From a virus, in the IMG/VR virus record IMGVR_UViG_3300035698_016830, positions 1-29,236 of that record: DNA of 29,236 bases; one strand, 5' to 3'. The position numbers and the translations under genes are program-made. Positions 25,608 through 29,236 of the stretch are shown piece by piece. Position 1 is the stretch's first letter. Each line of letters begins with the position of its first letter. Under the pieces are notes generated by a model. That model saw nothing but the letters and a program-made list of their open reading frames with translations. It was not told where the DNA came from and ran no database searches.

Positions 25608-26441
25608 ATGATAACCGAACAGATTGTATTCAAAAGAAGGCATTATCTTACACGCAAAGGTATACGTAGGAAAATTTTAAAGGAAAGGGAAGACAGCAAA
25701 CTTAGAAAAGAATGCTATATTGAGCGTATTGAATTAGTTAGGGTAGCAAAGAAAAGAAAGATTCTTAATTTTGTACCCAAATGGAATGCAAGCGTTGAAG
25801 GCTATGTGATTAACCAAATTAGAAAACATGCATGGCGTATGAGAAACAGGTATACGTCAGAGGATTTGTATCAGGAAGCTTATCTAGTTTTTGATAGAGT
25901 GAAGAAAAGGTACCCGTATATAAGAGAACCACAACATTTCATGTCATTATTCAAAACGAGTTTGTATAATACCTTTGTTGATCTGATGAACAAAACTAGA
26001 AGGATACCAGTATTTTCCTGTGAATTGATAGATGATGAGGAGCAAGGCAGTTTTGAAAATACATTAGAGGCTCATTCATTTTGTGAATCTGATGTAGAGT
26101 TAATGCTGCAAATGCAGGATGCGCCAGCTTTATTAATTCCAATATTTCAGCATTTTTGTGATGTTAATGAGATCAAATCCTTGCTATTATTAAGAGATGA
26201 TCAGGAAGAACTGCACGTAGCTAAGAAGCCAAGGGAGAATTCTAAGGCTATAAGGAAGCATAAAATCACGTTACAGGGCAATGAGTTATTTTGGGAAATT
26301 ATAAGAAGATACATTTGTAAGATGAAAAAGCAGGATTATCTTTCTCCCGATAGTTTCCAAATTCCTGTTTCTGTTCAGAAACGTATAAATATAAAACAAA
26401 TACTAATGCAGTGGTACAATGGGGACCAGAGTTCAAAATAA
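25608..26441 (+). CDS. Sigma-factor-like protein (region 2)
   Basis: EDLYQEAYLVF...YP....F..LF...L.N.F.DL pattern; GAAAGGACAG RBS. Confidence 0.65.
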   Translation: MITEQIVFKRRHYLTRKGIRRKILKEREDSKLRKECYIERIELVRVAKKRKILNFVPKWNASVEGYVINQIRKHAWRMRNRYTSEDLYQEAYLVFDRVKKRYPYIREPQHFMSLFKTSLYNTFVDLMNKTRRIPVFSCELIDDEEQGSFENTLEAHSFCESDVELMLQMQDAPALLIPIFQHFCDVNEIKSLLLLRDDQEELHVAKKPRENSKAIRKHKITLQGNELFWEIIRRYICKMKKQDYLSPDSFQIPVSVQKRINIKQILMQWYNGDQSSK

Positions 26442-26495
26442 ACTTAAACTGTATAACTGAATTGGTAAGGTAAGAATCTTAATAAGGACAATATC

Positions 26496-27038
26496 ATGGC
26501 AATTAAAACATACACAGTAAGAAAAGAGATGTTTGTTGATTATGCTCATCACATAGCTAAGCATCCTGGGGCCTGCATGAATATTCATGGGCATACTTGG
26601 TGTTGGCAAGTATCCTTATCTGCTACAGAGTTGGATGAGTTAGGGATGGTGATGGATTTTTCAGTAATTAAGAAACACCTTTTAACCACTGTGCATGAAT
26701 TGTTTGATCATAGTTTGGTTTTGGGGGCTGCTGAGTATAACGATATCCATAGTAATTTTGCAGCAATAGGAAAGTTGTTTCGGGCTGGTAGCCCTGCAAG
26801 GAAAAAGATGCTTCCTGGATTTTTATTTATGGGGGTTTCGAATTATCCTAGAGGGAGTTTGAAAGTAGTGACCACAGAGTTTGTACCAACTTGTGAAACG
26901 TTAGCAGGGTGGTTTTTTGATTATGCAGAAAATGAATTGGAGCGGCTAGATTTGCATAGAAGAGTGAAAGTCGCTTCAGTCTGTATATATGAATGTCTTC
27001 ATCCTACAACTTCGTGTTGTACGGTGAGTAAATTGTAA
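26496..27038 (+). CDS. queD: 6-carboxy-5,6,7,8-tetrahydropterin synthase
   Basis: DYAH, CMNIHGHTW, GMVMDFSVIK, FDH, PTCETLA. Confidence 0.92.
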   Translation: MAIKTYTVRKEMFVDYAHHIAKHPGACMNIHGHTWCWQVSLSATELDELGMVMDFSVIKKHLLTTVHELFDHSLVLGAAEYNDIHSNFAAIGKLFRAGSPARKKMLPGFLFMGVSNYPRGSLKVVTTEFVPTCETLAGWFFDYAENELERLDLHRRVKVASVCIYECLHPTTSCCTVSKL

Positions 27039-27070
27039 AAAGTTTATAATTAGTAAAGGAAGTAAAAAAC

Positions 27071-27895
27071 ATGGCTAGTAAACTAGAGAAGGAAATTCTG
27101 AAAGCAACAGGTGCGAAGAAGCAAGGTAAGAAGGAACAGGAACAAATTTATCTTGGACGGCTTGTTCATGCAGCACAAGCTGTTGATGAGGAATCTTGGG
27201 ATGAGCTAAGTGAGAAGGCCCAGGATTGGTTAAATGAGGGTGTTGAGGCCTTGAATGATGGTGATGATGTTAAATCTCTTGGTGAAGAGAAACCAAAGAA
27301 ACCAAAGGAGGAGCTTAAGAAACGAAAGACGAAGAAGAAGGCAAAGAAGGAACCAGAGCCAGAGCCAGAGCCCGATGATTCAGACGATGACGATGACTCA
27401 GACGATGACTCAGACGATGACGATGACTCAGACGATGACTCAGACGATGACTCAGACGATGACTCAGACGATGACTCAGACGATGATTCAGACGATGATT
27501 CAGACGATGACGATGACTCAGACGATGATTCAGACGAAGACGATGATTCAGACGAAGACGATGATGATGATTCTGACGATGATTCAGATAATGACGATGA
27601 TTCAGATAATGACGATGATTCAGACGAAGATGAAGAACCTGCTCCTGGGAAACACAAAAAGGTTGAGAAGGAAGCTAGTAAGAAAACAGAGGAGGATAAA
27701 CCTAAACCCAAGAAACGTGGGGCCCTCAATGAGGCACGCAAGGTAATACTTACCAACCCGAAATTGTCTGTTGATGAAGTGGTAGCAAAGATGGAAGAAG
27801 CTGGTTTTACTACTTCTCCAGCTTCGGTGGCCAGCGTTCAGTACGAAATTAAAAACACGTTAAAGGTTATGAAAGATCTTGATATGTTGAAGTAG
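27071..27895 (+). CDS. Protein with a long Asp/Ser acidic tract flanked by Lys-rich segments
   Basis: About 88-aa (DDDS)n-type tract; AAAGGA RBS; folded-looking N- and C-termini. Confidence 0.85.
   Translation: MASKLEKEILKATGAKKQGKKEQEQIYLGRLVHAAQAVDEESWDELSEKAQDWLNEGVEALNDGDDVKSLGEEKPKKPKEELKKRKTKKKAKKEPEPEPEPDDSDDDDDSDDDSDDDDDSDDDSDDDSDDDSDDDSDDDSDDDSDDDDDSDDDSDEDDDSDEDDDDDSDDDSDNDDDSDNDDDSDEDEEPAPGKHKKVEKEASKKTEEDKPKPKKRGALNEARKVILTNPKLSVDEVVAKMEEAGFTTSPASVASVQYEIKNTLKVMKDLDMLK
27374..27636 (+). repeat. Coding tandem repeat, unit GACGATGA(C/T)TCA
   Basis: 12-bp units with 6-bp expansions. Confidence 0.95.
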
Positions 27896-27927
27896 GATCT
27901 GAAGCTCACGGCCCAGATCTTACAATT

Positions 27928-27973
27928 AGCCAGCGGAACGTTCCTTGTCCTTTCTTTCCGCTGGCTTTTATTT
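27928..27973 (+). terminator. 11-bp hairpin with T-tract and pyrimidine-rich loop
   Basis: AGCCAGCGGAA-cgttccttgtcctttct-TTCCGCTGGCT-TTTATTT. Confidence 0.75.
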
Positions 27974-27992
27974 AATTTATAGGAGTAACACT

Positions 27993-28691
27993 ATGCCAAG
28001 TGCCTTGGTAGTTTTTTCTGGGGGACAAGATTCCACCACCTGTCTATATGCAGCTAAAAAGGCCCATGATGAAGTGACAGCTTTATGTTTTGATTATGGT
28101 CAAAAGCATATTATTGAGCTTGAGTCTGCTAGTAGAATAGCTGATATGGTTGAGTGCAAATTGATTAAGATGCCAATTCCTGGAGTTCTTAGTGGAACAA
28201 GCCCTCTTATTTATCATGAGAATCAGGTTCATACTTATGAGTCAGCTGATGTTCTTCCAGGGGGTTTGGAGAATACTTTTGTTCCGGCACGTAATTTGTT
28301 GTTTTTAACTATAGCTGCTTCAGTGGCCTATGCTATTGGAGCTGATTATTTATATACTGGAGTGTGTCAAGCTGATTTTGGTGGTTATCCTGATTGTAGG
28401 CAGTCTTTTATTGACGTAGCAGAAAAGGCGATAAACCAAGCTTTGTTCTTGCCTGAAGATGAAAGACATTTGAGTATCGAAACTCCTTTGATGAATTTTA
28501 CAAAGGCTGAATCTGTTTTGTTTGCTAAGGGTTTACCGGGATGTTTCGACGCTTTGGCTTATTCTCACACTTGCTATCAAGGGGTTTGCCCTCCTTGTGG
28601 TAAATGCCATTCATGTCTGTTGCGTTCTCGTGGTTTTGGCGAGGCTGGTATTGAAGATCCATTGTTGACTAGATTAAGAGGTGAGTTATGA
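27993..28691 (+). CDS. queC: 7-cyano-7-deazaguanine (preQ0) synthase (start re-called)
   Basis: FSGGQDSTTC, FDYGQKH, TFVPARN, GYPDCR, TPLM...K, TCY...CGKCHSC. AGGAG RBS before ATG 27993. Confidence 0.96.
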   Translation: MPSALVVFSGGQDSTTCLYAAKKAHDEVTALCFDYGQKHIIELESASRIADMVECKLIKMPIPGVLSGTSPLIYHENQVHTYESADVLPGGLENTFVPARNLLFLTIAASVAYAIGADYLYTGVCQADFGGYPDCRQSFIDVAEKAINQALFLPEDERHLSIETPLMNFTKAESVLFAKGLPGCFDALAYSHTCYQGVCPPCGKCHSCLLRSRGFGEAGIEDPLLTRLRGEL

Positions 28692-29236
28692 GTTTGCCTG
28701 ATGTGCAAAATAGTACAGATAGTCGGGGTATTTCAATAAATGAAGTTGGAATTACTGGGGTCAAGGTCCCTATATCATTTCCAGGAAAAGATGGAAGTCA
28801 GCACCATTCAGTAGCTGATATTGATATGGGTGTGTATTTGCCTGCTGATCAAAAAGGAACCCACATGTCCAGGTTCCAGACCATTCTTTCTGATTCAGAG
28901 CTTCATTTACCGCAGACAGGGGATTATTTGAAAAGGATAACCACTGAATTGGGATCACGAAAGGCATTCATGCGTCTTGAATTTCCTTTATTTACATCTG
29001 TATGTTCCCCTGTTTCTGGGTTGAGTGGTTCTCTTGACTACCATTGTTATTATAGAGCTTATTATGACGCTAGGGCTGACTCATTATGTGAGCTTATAGG
29101 AGTTAAGGCCCCTGTTACTACCCTTTGTCCTTGTTCTAAGGAAATAGCAGTAGAAGGGGCTCATAATCAGCGAGCCTATGTGAGTGCCCTGATGATGTCT
29201 TTGGTTTTTCATGATAGGGTGTGGTTTGAAGATCTT
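28688..29236 (+). CDS. folE2: GTP cyclohydrolase IB (3' truncated by the window), absent from the ORF track
   Basis: ATGA overlap with queC; MSLPDVQ...VGITGVKVP...KGTHMSRF...SPVSG...VTTLCPCSKEI...GAHNQR. Confidence 0.93.
   Translation, partial: MSLPDVQNSTDSRGISINEVGITGVKVPISFPGKDGSQHHSVADIDMGVYLPADQKGTHMSRFQTILSDSELHLPQTGDYLKRITTELGSRKAFMRLEFPLFTSVCSPVSGLSGSLDYHCYYRAYYDARADSLCELIGVKAPVTTLCPCSKEIAVEGAHNQRAYVSALMMSLVFHDRVWFEDL

Noticed and set aside
27166-27756. Poly-Ser antisense ORF and MTQT off-frame ORF
   Set aside because: Shadow frames of the acidic tandem repeat.
28770-28967. Minus-strand ORF and other short antisense ORFs in the track
   Set aside because: They overlap well-supported genes on the opposite strand (here folE2) and have no motifs.
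1-29236. Genome-wide TAG reassignment
   Set aside because: Long conserved genes have no internal TAG, several end at TAG at natural C-termini, and the HNH1 TAG aligns with TGA in the remnant copy.

Overview
AT-rich segment of a tailed-phage (Caudoviricetes-like) genome. From left to right: (1) the end of a lambda-like tail module on + (repeat beta-propeller fibre, gpL-, gpK/NlpC- and gpI/gpJ-like proteins, membrane protein); (2) a leftward accessory block (QueE, HNH, peptide deformylase, pentapeptide protein, small ORFs); (3) a divergent promoter region near 12.4-12.6 kb; (4) a rightward block with an HTH protein, two HNH-AP2 endonucleases, a vWA protein, tRNA-Leu and tRNA-Tyr, DnaB-like and SNF2-like helicases, primase, DUF932, a bL12-like protein, a sigma-like factor and queD/queC/folE2 (7-deazaguanine pathway). 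The standout is a stand-alone Cas7-like RAMP gene (24706-25395) followed directly by a non-coding array of 29 GT-initiated units with mostly 5-nt period (25411-25564). No CRISPR array or other cas gene is visible, so this is a candidate RNA-guided system using a gapped, periodic guide. Also notable: a covarying RNA switch in front of both HNH-AP2 genes, a family of repeated promoter cassettes, and several structured small-RNA candidates. All calls come from motif reading by eye; no searches were run.
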